This document shows positions 1 to 13,500 of a stretch of DNA of 56,583 nt, piece after piece. Position 1 is the stretch's first letter; the number at the start of each line of letters is the position of its first letter. The notes beneath the pieces were generated by a model. That model saw only the letters and a list, made by a program, of their open reading frames with translations. It searched no databases and had not been told where the DNA came from. Both the position numbers and the translations under genes were made by a program. Source of the DNA: Tubiluchus corallicola (Eukaryota; Animalia; Priapulida); the NCBI GenBank assembly GCA_030141605.1, contig JAQGDQ010001189.1:1-56583 (forward strand), read 5' to 3'.

Positions 1-2103
1 ATTATTCTCATAGCCGTAAAAGTTGGCCATGATGAAAATATTTTAATGTTGAATTGCCACTTCCGTATCCAGTGTTGCTAACACTTTTTGTCATATGTGA
101 TCGTGTCTCTTTCTAACTTGAAATGCCATTATTTATAGCAGTTACGACTTTTTTTAAAATTTAAATAAAATTATTCTTTATCTATTAAAAAATACGGGCA
201 CTTTGTTGAATTGTGTAGTTGTACTCTTCAAGTTGCGCTGGTGCTGTTGGTCATAGGCATAAAAATTAGTGTAGTAATATAGTAATTTAAGTGCAAGGCA
301 GATGGCAGCACGTGACAGTTCTACAAAGCCACAATGAGTTAAATACATTAATTCTGCATTCAAAAGAAAGATGGTTTGTACACATTTATTGTTACATTAC
401 TTGCCTAGTGAAGTCACTTGGCTTGATGGCATCCTAAGGAGAGGGAAAATTTCTATTTAATAAAGCCTGAATAGGTTTTGACCTCGACAACAAGACGGAA
501 GCTTCCGAAAGTCCGGTTTAAAAACATTGATATACAAGAAACTCTTTTTCTCTTGTCGTAAAAATGTTTTGTCAAGGTCATTTGTCGTAAACATGTTTTG
601 TCAAAGTCATTCTTGAAATTCACAAGATTAGATGGCAGACTGCAGCTGTATGAAACACATTTATCCAAAATGGCATCAAAAAACTTGTAACTTGTGCCAT
701 GAATGCACGTGAACACCGAGCATGTGTGAAAATAAGCTTTAGCCACTCCTGATCTCATAATGTTATACATTGTATTTGAGTTTCGTTCAACTCTTGCTGT
801 GTTGGTGATTGGTGTGGAATCCTTTATCCGTCCAGCACCACACACACTCTAACTGGTGAAATATTACCATTGTTTCCAATTTTTAAGGATTATTTTTTGA
901 AACCAAAGCAGAAGTGGTGGAAGCAGAAAGAAGTATAATAGAAACTAGAGAAAAGATCAGAACACTATAATTTAAGTTCAACAGCATGTATATTTATATT
1001 ATTAGTTATATCTAATACATCGACAAAATGCGCAAAACCACATAATGGCTAATAACAACAAATCATTACAAAAATATACACATTTCCTTGCTATAATAGT
1101 CTAACAAAGACTGCAATAAAAACCTGCTTTGGACAAATAAATACTTGATTTGACTCAATTCAATTAAAAAAATTCACATATGTGAGCATATGACATAGAC
1201 CAAATTATACAAAAATTATTTCTGGTTACCTGAATACTGATGGGAGGGAGAAGCGGTAAGAAAGAGAATAATTGCGGTGATGGAACAGATAATTAGGAAG
1301 GAGCAGAAGTAACATGCAGAAACTTGTGAGGCAGTGACAAAAAACTCTGACTACGATGTGAAGCGGAAGGAACATGACAAAAAGTACTCGAATTACATTT
1401 TTGTTGCACTATTTCAGTTTAGCTAACCTTAACAAGGACCCAAAGGATAAAAAACAGCAGCAAGTCATCAGTTGGCAATACAATATAATCTAAATTCCTA
1501 TAATGCTTACCAAACATGGACAATGAATCACACTAACAAAGTACCAAATGAGGCTACAAAACACGTAGTAGACTAGTAAGAGAAGAATTGTCAAGTAATG
1601 AACTACTGGTATTAAAATCACCCTCAAATTTGTCAAGTTAATGTCTGTGACAGTACGAAAATGTAATACTTTGACATATTTCTCAACAAAAAAATTGGGA
1701 GTTCAATGACAATTGAGATTGGCAGTATACTTAAAATAAATATAGTTCCCAAATTTATGTGCAATAAATGCAGCAAATCAGAACCTGTTATCCGGCAAAA
1801 CAATAGTTCACATTCATTATATTAAGTCACATTGTTACTTACATATTTTCTCAGGTGCAAATATTGGCCAGTGCCACAAAAAAGATGCTAAATAGTACAC
1901 AAGTGTACTACTAAGTATCACTAAAAACATTAAGAACACGTATACCACACAGTTGATATTACCATTTCCAGTTTTGCGCAATGAAACTAAACGTAAAATG
2001 AAGTAGAATCATAATCATTAATTCGATTTCAAATTTAAAATTATATATGTCCTATGTTGATTAAGTAATATATGTTTTCTAATGGAATGATCTTCTGAAG
2101 GTA

Positions 2104-2117
2104 GTTGCCATGGAAAC
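2104..2117. promoter_or_regulatory. Consensus RFX X-box
   Basis: GTTGCCATGGAAAC matches GTTNCCATGGNAAC exactly; the target gene is not identified. Confidence 0.45.
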
Positions 2118-4509
2118 ACATTATATGACCAGCCCTGAGGTATCTAAGCTCAAAAATGTTTATAGGTTACTGCATTTATATAGTCATGTAAAACCAAAGT
2201 TTGAGAGAGAGAGAAAGAGAGAAAATAAGAACTTGCCAGTAATGCAGGAAAAACCACTGAAGTGGTGCAATAAATTAAGGAACAAACTATGAAAATTATG
2301 GAATTACTGAACTGAATAATGCTTAGTCTACACCCTCCTTCAAAACACTGACATTCAAAACACAGAGTTCAGTCCATGTAATCAGTTTACACTGACGGTT
2401 ACTTTGCACATACTATTTATTGAAGTTGTTCTCTTCTTTGCTGAAATAATGCTAAACCGGCTTGTATGAAGACATCTAGCTTGTGCAAAGACAAAATGAA
2501 ACCAAAGAACTTTTGATTACAAAATTGGTGGCAGAAAAGAAATGAAACGCGAAAAGTGGTCAATTAATTGTCAAATATTTCAGATATTAATGGCAGAAAT
2601 GGCGCAAGTGAATTTTTCAATAATAATCTGGTAACACCAAGTATGTTCAATTATTGGACAAATTTTTACCTTTAATGCCAAATGAGCAGGCTGTAGAAGT
2701 ACCATGTGCTTTTGCACATTATTAGCCTTAGTACGAGTGCAAATTCTTGTACACGTCCCTGTACAAGTCTATTAAACCAACTATAAATTCCTTACACCTG
2801 TCTCCATCTTCATACAGTCACTAAAGGAAATTTTTGTACTCATGCACTTACAAAATATATACAGTTGTTTTTTATTAGTAGTTCGCTGTTTTTAATGAAA
2901 GCACTTGGTTCTTCAACCTGCTGTAAATTGCCCCATTCAGCTGAGTCATCAGTGTACATCATTATTGGTTTTCATTCTGAGGATGATGATCGACACTGAT
3001 CAAAATCAAGACCAGCTTGATATCGTCAAACTTGAATGACACTCAAATTTCATTATTAGTGCCGCATGCCACACCGTCAATGAACATTCGACAAAATCAA
3101 CACTGGCAGTGTTTTGAAGGACCATGTTGATGGTCTACAAGATGGCAAAACAAATTCAACCTTTAAAGCAGAGTCACACCAAACTAGAAATAATCTCCTA
3201 ATACAAACATTTCGAAAAGCCAAGATGTTACAAGACCAGACACATGTTGTACTTATCAAAATAGTTTGAAATACATTGTCACTCATGTGATTTCAACCCT
3301 TTTAAAAATCTGCAAATTTCCGTTGGTCAGTGATTTGCAAATTGTTTTTTGGATTTGGGTTTCTTGTAGGGGTAAATTTTCCGGATTGGTGTGAATCCAC
3401 GGCCCACAGATGGTGCATGCAGGAAATATCACGAATGGAATAGTTAGCATTAAAAGAGATCATATTAAGTTAATTAGGTAGGGCACGATTGGTCTAGATT
3501 CTGAAATAAATCTAAAAGGAATACGCCTCTTAAAATTTCAACAAACATTGCAAACGTATTTGAGAACCAAGAAGCAAACGCTATGAGAAACAAGTGTTAA
3601 AAAATCAGGACTGGAAACAGAATCTTGCTCAGAAAAACTATAACTTGATATCTTATACTCTACTGCTTTGGGGTTAGGTTTTAAGGCACAAGCAAAAACA
3701 AGCAAAGGAACATGGGTTCAATTATAGAGTGGTTCCATCTGCCTTTTTACATCTTCAAACTTTCCCATACTTTCGGCAGGGAACAACACTACAATAAAAT
3801 TCTGCTTAAACATATAGAACACAAAGACAAAAAATGGCAAAAATTAATCAGCTACAAGCAAATCTACTTATTCTATCAACAACCAAAACAAAATAGCTAA
3901 AAATTAAAAAAGACCAAATTACTTCAAAGTTAACTAAAAATACACCAAATTAAAATTACCTGAGCTTTACAAACAAAAGAAACACTGTTAAATTGCTTGC
4001 AGTACACTGTATATAACTCGCAAATGAGCCGGCTATTACGGCAAAACATTAACCTGTCTTCAAAGAATTTACTTTTTTAAGGCGATTTATTAGTTTAGTC
4101 AAAACATTATAAAAATTTTTCAGCAAAGTCTAAATATGCAAGAAAAAGCTTGAACTGAGTCAACTTTTGGATTTTGAAGATCAGATTGCATTTAAACCTC
4201 CTGTTTAATAAGGATGCAGACAAAAACATGTGTAGCGTTGAACTAAATCAAGTACAGATGTAAGCAAATTATGTTCATTACATCTGCATCGTATGCAACC
4301 GAATCGTTTAGACTCACTTCTAAAATGTCAGTCAATGTTAATTGTGTGCTGTTGAAAACGAAGCTGTCAGTGTTTTAAATAGTCTACATCACTGGTAATT
4401 GTTACCTAAATGTACAATATGCTGTGGCATTGTGCTTAATACTTTAAGTGCAAAACAAACAATCTAGCAGTGCATCAACTCATTTGTGCTTATTTAATTC
4501 GAAAACAAC

Positions 4510-7500
4510 TTAAATTCCCACTTTAACTTTTTCTTCTACGAGCACGTGTTCAAACCGCTCGGGGTCAAAAGTAACACGGCCGTTTCTGAAGTCCATCTCC
4601 TCGTTTGCATGCCATTGTGTCACATTGAATTCTGGGAAAAACACGCCAATTTCCCTCAGCGCAGATTCAGTCGAATCTGAAACAAAAAGCACCTTTATGT
4701 TGGTCTTCAGGTTCAAAGTTACATACATTTAAATGTGCCATTTTCATTTCATTTTGCATGTTTAATACTGAGACTAAAGCTCGAACACAATTTTTTTAAC
4801 ATGTTTAGTGAGAATCAATACAACCACTATCACAGTCTTGGCTGTTGCTAAAATTTTTATCAATTTTTTAACCAATAACAAAATGTAGACAAAAGACTTT
4901 TAGAAAGACCACAAAATAAACCACAGTAACTGAATTTTATAGCTAACCTGAACCATGAACAGCATTCTGGGTCATATTCACTTGAGAGCCGAATTGGCCA
5001 CGTAAACTCTGAGGTGCTTTCTCTTTGGCTCTGTAAAAAACAGGCTTCCTTAAAAAACCTATTATTAAACAAAATTGCTTGACAGCTTTCTTCAACCTGA
5101 TTTGAGAGATGCTTGTTTTTCATCATATCATTGTCACTGCTTTATTTGTCATCGTCATCGTCATTGTTGTCATCATTAACATTGTCGTCATCGTCATCAT
5201 CATCATCATCAGCTTGTATAACCCTAATAATACAGCGAGGAGTTACTAGACGTCAGGATTACAGTTAAATAATCTGGGCATCTCAATCTACAAGATGTCA
5301 ATTCAGGCAACCATTTTATATAATGTCAAACCATGAAGATCAAGTTAACAACACCAAACAAGTTGCTAATGAGTTGTTAATTTTTTTGTACATTGAGAAA
5401 AGATTAGTTCTGCAGCTCCACACCACGACTGCAGTGTCAATGCAATCAGCTTGCAGTCAGCAGATAAGTCTAGGCACTGCTACTCTGGAGCTGGTCAACA
5501 AATGAGCAAAAAAGAGATTTGAATTGCTCCTCATTTTCTAAAAATACCTAGTAAATTCACTTTAGCTAGTTTTGAGAAAAACGGAAAAAGAGTTTTCATT
5601 GGCCAAGAACAATAGTTTTATGAATTACCCTAAAATCTGGAAAAAACACACAAAAAGGTGCTATATTATTAAGTAAAAGAAAGAAATAAATATTTAAAGT
5701 AAGTTTTAAATACTTTTAGACTTACTAGATTACAAGGAAGCGGAAGTGAAAATGGGTGGCCGATGTGTACCTGTTTTCAAAATGCTGGACTAACTAGGTT
5801 CCTGTGTGCCCTCAAGTAAAACAAGCAAACACTATTCATTCCCTCAGATGAGCAAGGACAATGCAAAGTGGCGTGCATATATTACTTTGTTACAGGCAAT
5901 TAGTTGAAAACTTACCTAGCTGTTTACCTGTAGGCTCCTGATTGCATAATTGCAATGCAACTGGTGATAGGTTAGAATGTACACTCATATGGACTAACTA
6001 GGTTTGTGTGAAAATTTCAGCAAAAAATAGATTCACTCAATTTCATGGTTTGTCAATAACTTGCTGAAAAAACTTCAGATCATCAAATGGTTTGGTAGTA
6101 AGATGTAGCGTGACACTAAGAACGCCCTGGTATCAATAATTCAGTTTGACACAAAAGTGGACTTATCTAAGTATTTCGTAAAAACTGGAGAACTGTTTTG
6201 TAAAAAAAGCATGTAGCATGTAACACAAAACACTATTTGAAATTACACAAGATGATGCAAGAAGCAGCAATAATTCGAATTTGAAACTTAATTGATTTAT
6301 GCATGGAAGATAGTTACACCAAATCTAATTTCCTTGCATTGCTATGCAAGCCAGAGGGCAATATCGAGGCACTAGTAAACAGTAGCTAACTAATTCAAAT
6401 TATATCTTTCAAGCTGAAGGAGATGGAAAGAAAATAAATCCAGTCGTCCCATTATTATCCAAATATATTAATTTAAGATTGCAAAAGCGATGCTCAAGAG
6501 TGATATCAATATCTCCTAAATGCATGTATACATTTATACGCTTGTGCATATGTATACAATGTGACACCAATCAGAAGCTATTTTATGCCCCTGGTGGAAT
6601 TTGCTGAAAAGTCCTTTTATGAAACACTAGAATGGCTTTGAAAACTGACTTTATATAGTGGTATGTTTTTATGTAAACTTATCTAGCAACCACTAAACAT
6701 GACATAGAACCTTTGCCATACATATGAGCACAGTAAGGACAAACACAGAAGCAATGTACAAATACATATCCACTGCTAAATATGTGCATGCAGGTTGTAA
6801 GTAATTTCAAAGTGCAATACTAACTCTTTGGGATTTGTTGGTCCCATCAATGCGCGCCACTCAGCTATCGAATTCTCCTTGGCCAAGACATGTGTGCTAA
6901 TCTTTCCGCTGGAATACAATGAAAACAAACATGTGAAAACAAGTACCTTGAACTTACTCGCTAAACGAAGAATCAAGTGGAACAGAAAGTTAAGCCACTA
7001 AACGACGAATAATTTTTTCACCGTATTTGGTTTCTTAAATATGATCTTTAGTTTCACAACATTTTGTACTAAAAATATCCAGAGTTTTGTTTTCATGAAT
7101 ATTTAGACACATGTTAGACATAGACATTTCAATGTCTGTAAATATAAACATTTTTACAGTATTATTTTGCATTTAAATGTGCATGTTATAACTATCTAAT
7201 AGGCTACCATATACTATGGCGGCTTACAGACTTTCAAATGGATTCAAAGCAGCTAAGTTGTATATGCTTTAGTTTCTCACACAAATTAATAAATAAGAAA
7301 AATGTGTAGGCCAATTTGCAGAAAAATAAAATTAAAATCCAGACCGGCTTTATGATGTTACACACCAGGCACAATTTGATGCCAAGACGAATAAACAGGA
7401 CGCTGGCATCTTGAACGAGTACCCTAATTTGCAAATGCAGCAACTCATCTAACATATTTAGGAAAATGACACACACATCAATATACAAAAGTTGAGAACA

Positions 7501-10500
7501 ATATGAAAAACAACACCATAATATTATTAAGAAAACTGTCACTGGTTGGACTTTAGACCAAACTGAAACTTATTACTACTTAATCTCAAATGCCATATGA
7601 GTATATAGCAAAATCTTAGCAGATGACCATATAGTTATAGGTAAGTAATTATGCATTAACCCTAAATTTACTCTTTGGTGTTATATGACAAAACTTTAGC
7701 AAATGACCATATTACATAGCCTTATCAGAATTTGTATGCAATTATGCCCTAACCTCAAATTCACTGTTTGGTGCTAGATGTCAGTGTTAGTTCTTTATTA
7801 TATCCAGGGTTGGACGTTAGCTTACTGTATATTATCTTAGTTCAGTATGCAAACATTTCAGTTTGTAGCTAACTTACTGAGATATCTAAGTACTGCAGAA
7901 GTAAACAACTTTATCTAGCAACAGATAACATTGCCAGGTGCTAGGTGCTAGGTGCCAGGTATAGGCTCTTAAGACATAAAAGATACTTTCAATAACAAAA
8001 TTTTATGAAAGAAACTGAGTGGTCACAGTGTGTGATCACGGCGAAGTTGATCACGGCTGGGTATGGTTAGTAAAAGGATGGGTGATTATCAAGAGAACAG
8101 TTTTGAGCAGTATGACAAACCACAATGCTTCAGTCTATTATTTTGTTGAAGGATGAATATGTTCACATCCAAATATAGCTAAGACATCAATAGCAGTTCA
8201 GCATCTCATTTTTGAGGCTTATCTTGGACAATGAGCTAAATTCCAGTCCTGCCACAACTATTAGCATAATAAGTAGCCCTGTTGTAGAGTGCTGGACATC
8301 ATTAAAAAACAAAACTATAAACATGAATATTAACTGTGGAAATTTTAATCAATCAATAACACATTTAATTAAGTTTAAAAACTACTCACCTGGTCATGAA
8401 TGATACTAGTTCATCAAAAAAGAATTTTCCTGAAAAAAAACGTTGATAAAATTAATGTTAATTTGTTAGAACAACTTAACTTATAACACAAGTGCTTAAC
8501 AAAACTAGCGTTGCAGTTTTTCTAAGTTTTATTGTCAATCTGTTATGATCTAGTCACACATTTTTATTTTTTTATCTTCTTACTTTTTCCATTTTTACAA
8601 CAGAAAACTAAAGCTGCAATTTTTAGCGTTTACACTGTACAAAGCAGACAAGAAGAGCAACAAATTGAATGTGAACAGTGTTGCTAAAATGTATACAGGC
8701 TTTGCAGATCAAATAGTGGAATGGATGTAGAAATTTTAACATGAAACAAAAGTATCAAAAGTTCACAAATGATTTCATAAAACAAAAAACACTGCAAATT
8801 TTTCTCCTATCTCACTCAAAACAGAACACTGTAATTTGATGAAAGTTCTAAGAAGCTTATTTTTCTAAAAGTTGCATAAAATATTTGCAATGCACCTGAT
8901 ATAGTAAAAGTGGGTCAATTTTTTTAATGTTCGAGCTGTACACGATATCATACTCAGTGCGACAGATTACAATAAAATTTCAGTCAAACAACGTTTATAC
9001 ACAGGTCAATGAATGGCTGCGCAGTATGCACATATCAGAAAAGGAAAATTTGCATCTTTCTTGCTTTTTTGAAAATGTGTTTAAAGTTTGATTACTCCAT
9101 TGAGTTTTTTCATGTCCAAAGTTTAATGTTGGACAAATGTAACATGAGCATTGAGTCTAGGGATGCACTGAAATTTGGAAAAAAACTGGATTTCGGTTAC
9201 CGAATTGAAACAAATTTTCGGTTCGTTTCATAGGTAGAAAAATTCGGTAAAGTTTTGTTGCAGCCGAAATTTTTTTCAAGAAATTCAGTTTTGATTTGGT
9301 TGGTTTAAATAAATTCGGTCGCGAATTTTAATCTTCATTTCTGTCCGAAGAACGTCGCATTAAGCAATACAACTAAGCCTAGCAAACCAACCGATAGTTC
9401 TTCATCAAAACTGTTTGCGTATAGTAAGCTGACAGATTCAACTAGCTTCGTAAAATTTTACCATTTTGGGTGATGTGCCTGGATGCCATTAAAGTTGTTC
9501 ACTTGTCGACATCTTCATTTCTATGATGTACGTACACATGGTTTTCTTGTTCATTAATTTTTAGCAGAAGAAATTGTGAATTTTGCACAGATTTATAATT
9601 ACTGTTAACATTGCTCAGTGAATTTAGTGTAAGTGTGTCAAACACAGGTGAATGATGCATATCAAGCACAGGCATATGAGATTTTTTATTCATTAGATTC
9701 TTAACACAGCAGATTGAAGTGTAGTGTAAAATACGTGAGACCCTGATACAACAGGTAAAATGTTGGTTATATATTACCGATTAAGCTACAATTACTATAC
9801 CGTTATCTGTTAATGAAAACTGATTTAAGTACTGGTTATCTAGTGTTTGGGTTAACAAGATGAAATTTGTAAACATTTCAAAGGGTTGCACAATACAAAA
9901 CTTTTGCCTTTCCGAGTGTGAAAATAAATCCCTTTTGAAAAACCTGTTGAGGCCACTTGTCACTACTGAAATTTATTACTATAAGTTAATAATTTGGTTT
10001 CAGTAAAAAAACTGTGAAATTCGGCTCGATTCAGTTTCAGCAAAATAAAGTTGTAGAAATTCAGCCGAATTCGGTTTGGGTCGAAAAAAGGTTTGAAAAA
10101 TTCGGTACTGGTTCGGTTCTCGGTGCATTCCTAGGGTATCGGTGCATTCCTAGCGTTCACATATAAATGTTTTTTCTGCCATACCTTTGTGTTCTTCGTA
10201 AAACTTTTCTGCCTGTGTAGTGGCAAGAGCTAGTACTTTTGTCCTGATGAAATAAAACTTATTTTCTAAAATAATCTGGCGAATTTGCTGGAAAAAACGA
10301 AAACACGACAGTTAGTTAAAAGACATTAGAAGGTAACTAGTATAGGCTCAAGTTCCAGTTTATGAAAGGCTCTGTATACTGAATACTGTAGAGAGAGTTA
10401 ACACCAGCTCAGTAAATAATCTTTGTAAAGCAGCTGGCATAGCATAAACAATATATTATCTTTAAATAACCTTTACAGTACACATATATGCATAACACAT

Positions 10501-13500
10501 GCATTTTACGGTTTTATTGTCCCCTATCCAATCTCTAACTTCTACAACTAGTGCATGCATTCATACTGTGGTGAGTTTGTTTACATTGTTTTGTTTATTA
10601 CACTTCACTTTCTAGGTAAAAAGGGCGAACCAGCAATATATTTATATATATATATATACTATAACTGCACACTTAAAGACGCATAAAATGCTGCTCAAGG
10701 AACATTAAAAACGCCATATTTTAAACCCTACAGGATAACATCAATCATTGTATGTAGTTACTTGTGAATACGACGACCTTGATTGGTTGTAGCTGCATGG
10801 GTTTGTGTCCGGGATATCAAGAGTAAAAATTGTGTCTAGCAGGAGAATTCAGGAGCTTTAAACAGCCACAGGCTAAGAGGCAGTTCTGCCTGGATTATCT
10901 AGGTCACTGTACACAGCAGTGTGGTGCTGACCAGAGCTTGACATAAGCGAGGGTACAAATTCAGATATTGTTTACAATACCTCTGCTAGGTCTGATTTTT
11001 ATGCTTTATATCATGCACCCGAAGACTTCAAATTCAGAAAGGCAAGCATATATCTATAGTCATAAAAACTGTATGGAATTTCTAGGAAATAACCAAATTT
11101 CCTATGGAATCAACAAGCCATTCAATTTTGAAAAGGTCAAATGGGCTTGTACACTACAAAGGTCAAAAGATCCAAACTAAATGCACAGTAAAAATGCTTG
11201 TTACTAATGGCTTTGTCAATTGTAATGTTTTTTTGCTGTTCGATAGATCATAACATCATATTTTTAAGTTAAAATGATGAGAAAACCTGCACAGTGATTG
11301 TATTAACAATAACTTAAACAAGTGTAATATTGTCCATGTCCAAAAACAGGAACATTATTCAAATAAAACTAAATATCTAGAAAATGCTAGCAGTAATTCA
11401 GCTATGTCTGTAAAAGTTGCCGAGACCTAAAAAGCTAATCTAGTAAATCTACAGTAAGTTTTACAGAGTGAGGGTATATGACGTCAGTTTTTACAGTAGC
11501 CCACGTGATTTGGGTAGAATGTTTACACAGCCAGGACATGCTTTCAAAGTTCTCTAAAAATAACTGCGGTCACTAGTGGACAGCAAGACCACGTGAGCTT
11601 GTCAGACAGCAGTTTGGTAAACAAGCTCAGAGGTTCACATTTCCACACAAAATGTAAGCTACTGTACAAGAATGTTTCTATAGCAATAATATACAGTTAA
11701 CAGACCGTTCTTGGAAGTAAAAATATTATGTTACAACATCAAAAAACCAAGACAAAAGTTTCAATGTTTACACAAACCAGAAATAAAAAAGAGGTGTCAG
11801 TTCATCGAAGCTTCTAGTTTCTCATACAACAATAAAAAGAAATTAACAAAAAATCTAACAAAGAAAGAAATGTAAAGAAGCCTATCTTTAAGCAAATGAC
11901 TTAAAAAAACAAAGAAAATAAGAAAAATCCAGGATTTTATGATGGTCGTACCCCGCTGAATCAAAAGTATTAACAACCATCGGTCTACAAAGTTCTCTGT
12001 AACTCGTGAAATTAGAAATCACATTGAAAAACACATTCATGGCACAAAAATCCTTACAGAAATTTTCTAAGTAAGAATATATCAGACTTAGATCACTTTG
12101 AATGTTAAAAGTAAGACCTATGTGTAATATATATATTATAGGCCCAGCCCTACTGTGATTCTTTGATATCTATACAGAAAAGACTTAGAAAGACTACAGA
12201 CTGCTGATAAATAACTATTCAAGACGACTTTAAGCAGTTTCGACTTATGTAAAACAGACCTGCTAAGTGCAACTTAAGCCATACTAGTGCATACTGCATA
12301 GATACTTCAGAATTTGCAGATATGAACATTCATGTAAAGCAAAATATCAAGAAGTACCTTATCCATCAATGATAGCACAAGGTGAATATCCAGAACAAAC
12401 ATCCGGTTAAATCAAATTCAGACTTATTTACCAAAATTATTTAGTTCAAATTCAGAAATGATACCCCATTTATTTGTCTGAAGTGTACTGTTGTCAGAGT
12501 TACCAGGCTCTCAGTATATCAAGTAGAACAGCAGAAACATTATAATTTGTTAGTGAAATTAGCTACCGTAATTATCTAGCCTCAGTCTTTTAACTAGTTC
12601 ACTAATTAAAAACTGTGAAAGCCTCTCAGTAGTATTACATATAATCATTATTTATTTAAAATGGATTAACAATACAGTTATAACTTCATAACAGAGATAT
12701 AACAATGTCTCTCTCAACAGTATTAGTAGTTCTGTTCGTTTAACTAGTTTGACTTATGGCTGCCAATTATACGTAGATAAGTGAATCGACTTACGACCAC
12801 AATCTGTTCCAGCTGGTAGACTGGAAGATAAGTTGGACGTAAGTCAGTCCTGCGTGTTCTTGAGCGGTGAGGCTCAATGCAAAAGATGTTGCATGAGTAC
12901 GCGCACTAAGTATGGCTGTACTTACTGACAAATTATTTGAATTAGCAATTAAACTAATTTACTTAAGAAAATAGGAGGAAGTGTAAATTATAATTAGCTT
13001 TGTATAACTAATTAATCAAGTTGTGGCCGTGTCGTAAAGTCGAGTATTTATATTAATATTAAATAGCCTAGGTTGTAAATTGACGAGCAGTTGTATAAGG
13101 TGTACAATTAGGATTTTTAAGGTGCTTAAAATCTGTAATATGATGAACAAAATAATTTGAGTGAATTTGAATATTTTTGAAGACCTGGTATTTCTCTCTC
13201 CTAGTTTCTTTTGATAACTTGAATTTGTTTAGGTCATCATTATATAGTATTCAATTTTATTTGACTATTATGTAGTTAGGCCCAACAAAAGTAAACTTTC
13301 TTGTTGTGAACTAATCAATTTATCAGTACTTAGAGCAGGAAGCTGATGTACGGTAGTTTCTGTGTTTAGCTAAATTGTAATTAGACATAATACAGCAAAA
13401 CAAAAAAGACAACATAAAGCATTTAATAGTAGACCTATTCAGTGATTTAGTCAAGTATCAATCTGGTTTGTTGGCTTTATTTAAATCCTCGGCATTATTT

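Noticed and set aside
453-845. 130-aa minus-strand ORF
   Set aside because: No ATG start, no recognisable domain and no convincing splice context; only a faint resemblance to a LINE C-terminus (SLPSNLVNFKNDFDK).
12357-12430. Minus-strand LI*PDV resembling a dead duplicate of NME6 exon 1 (LKPDV)
   Set aside because: Similarity is limited to about three residues and the nucleotides do not align; the real exon 1 is at 13985-14074.
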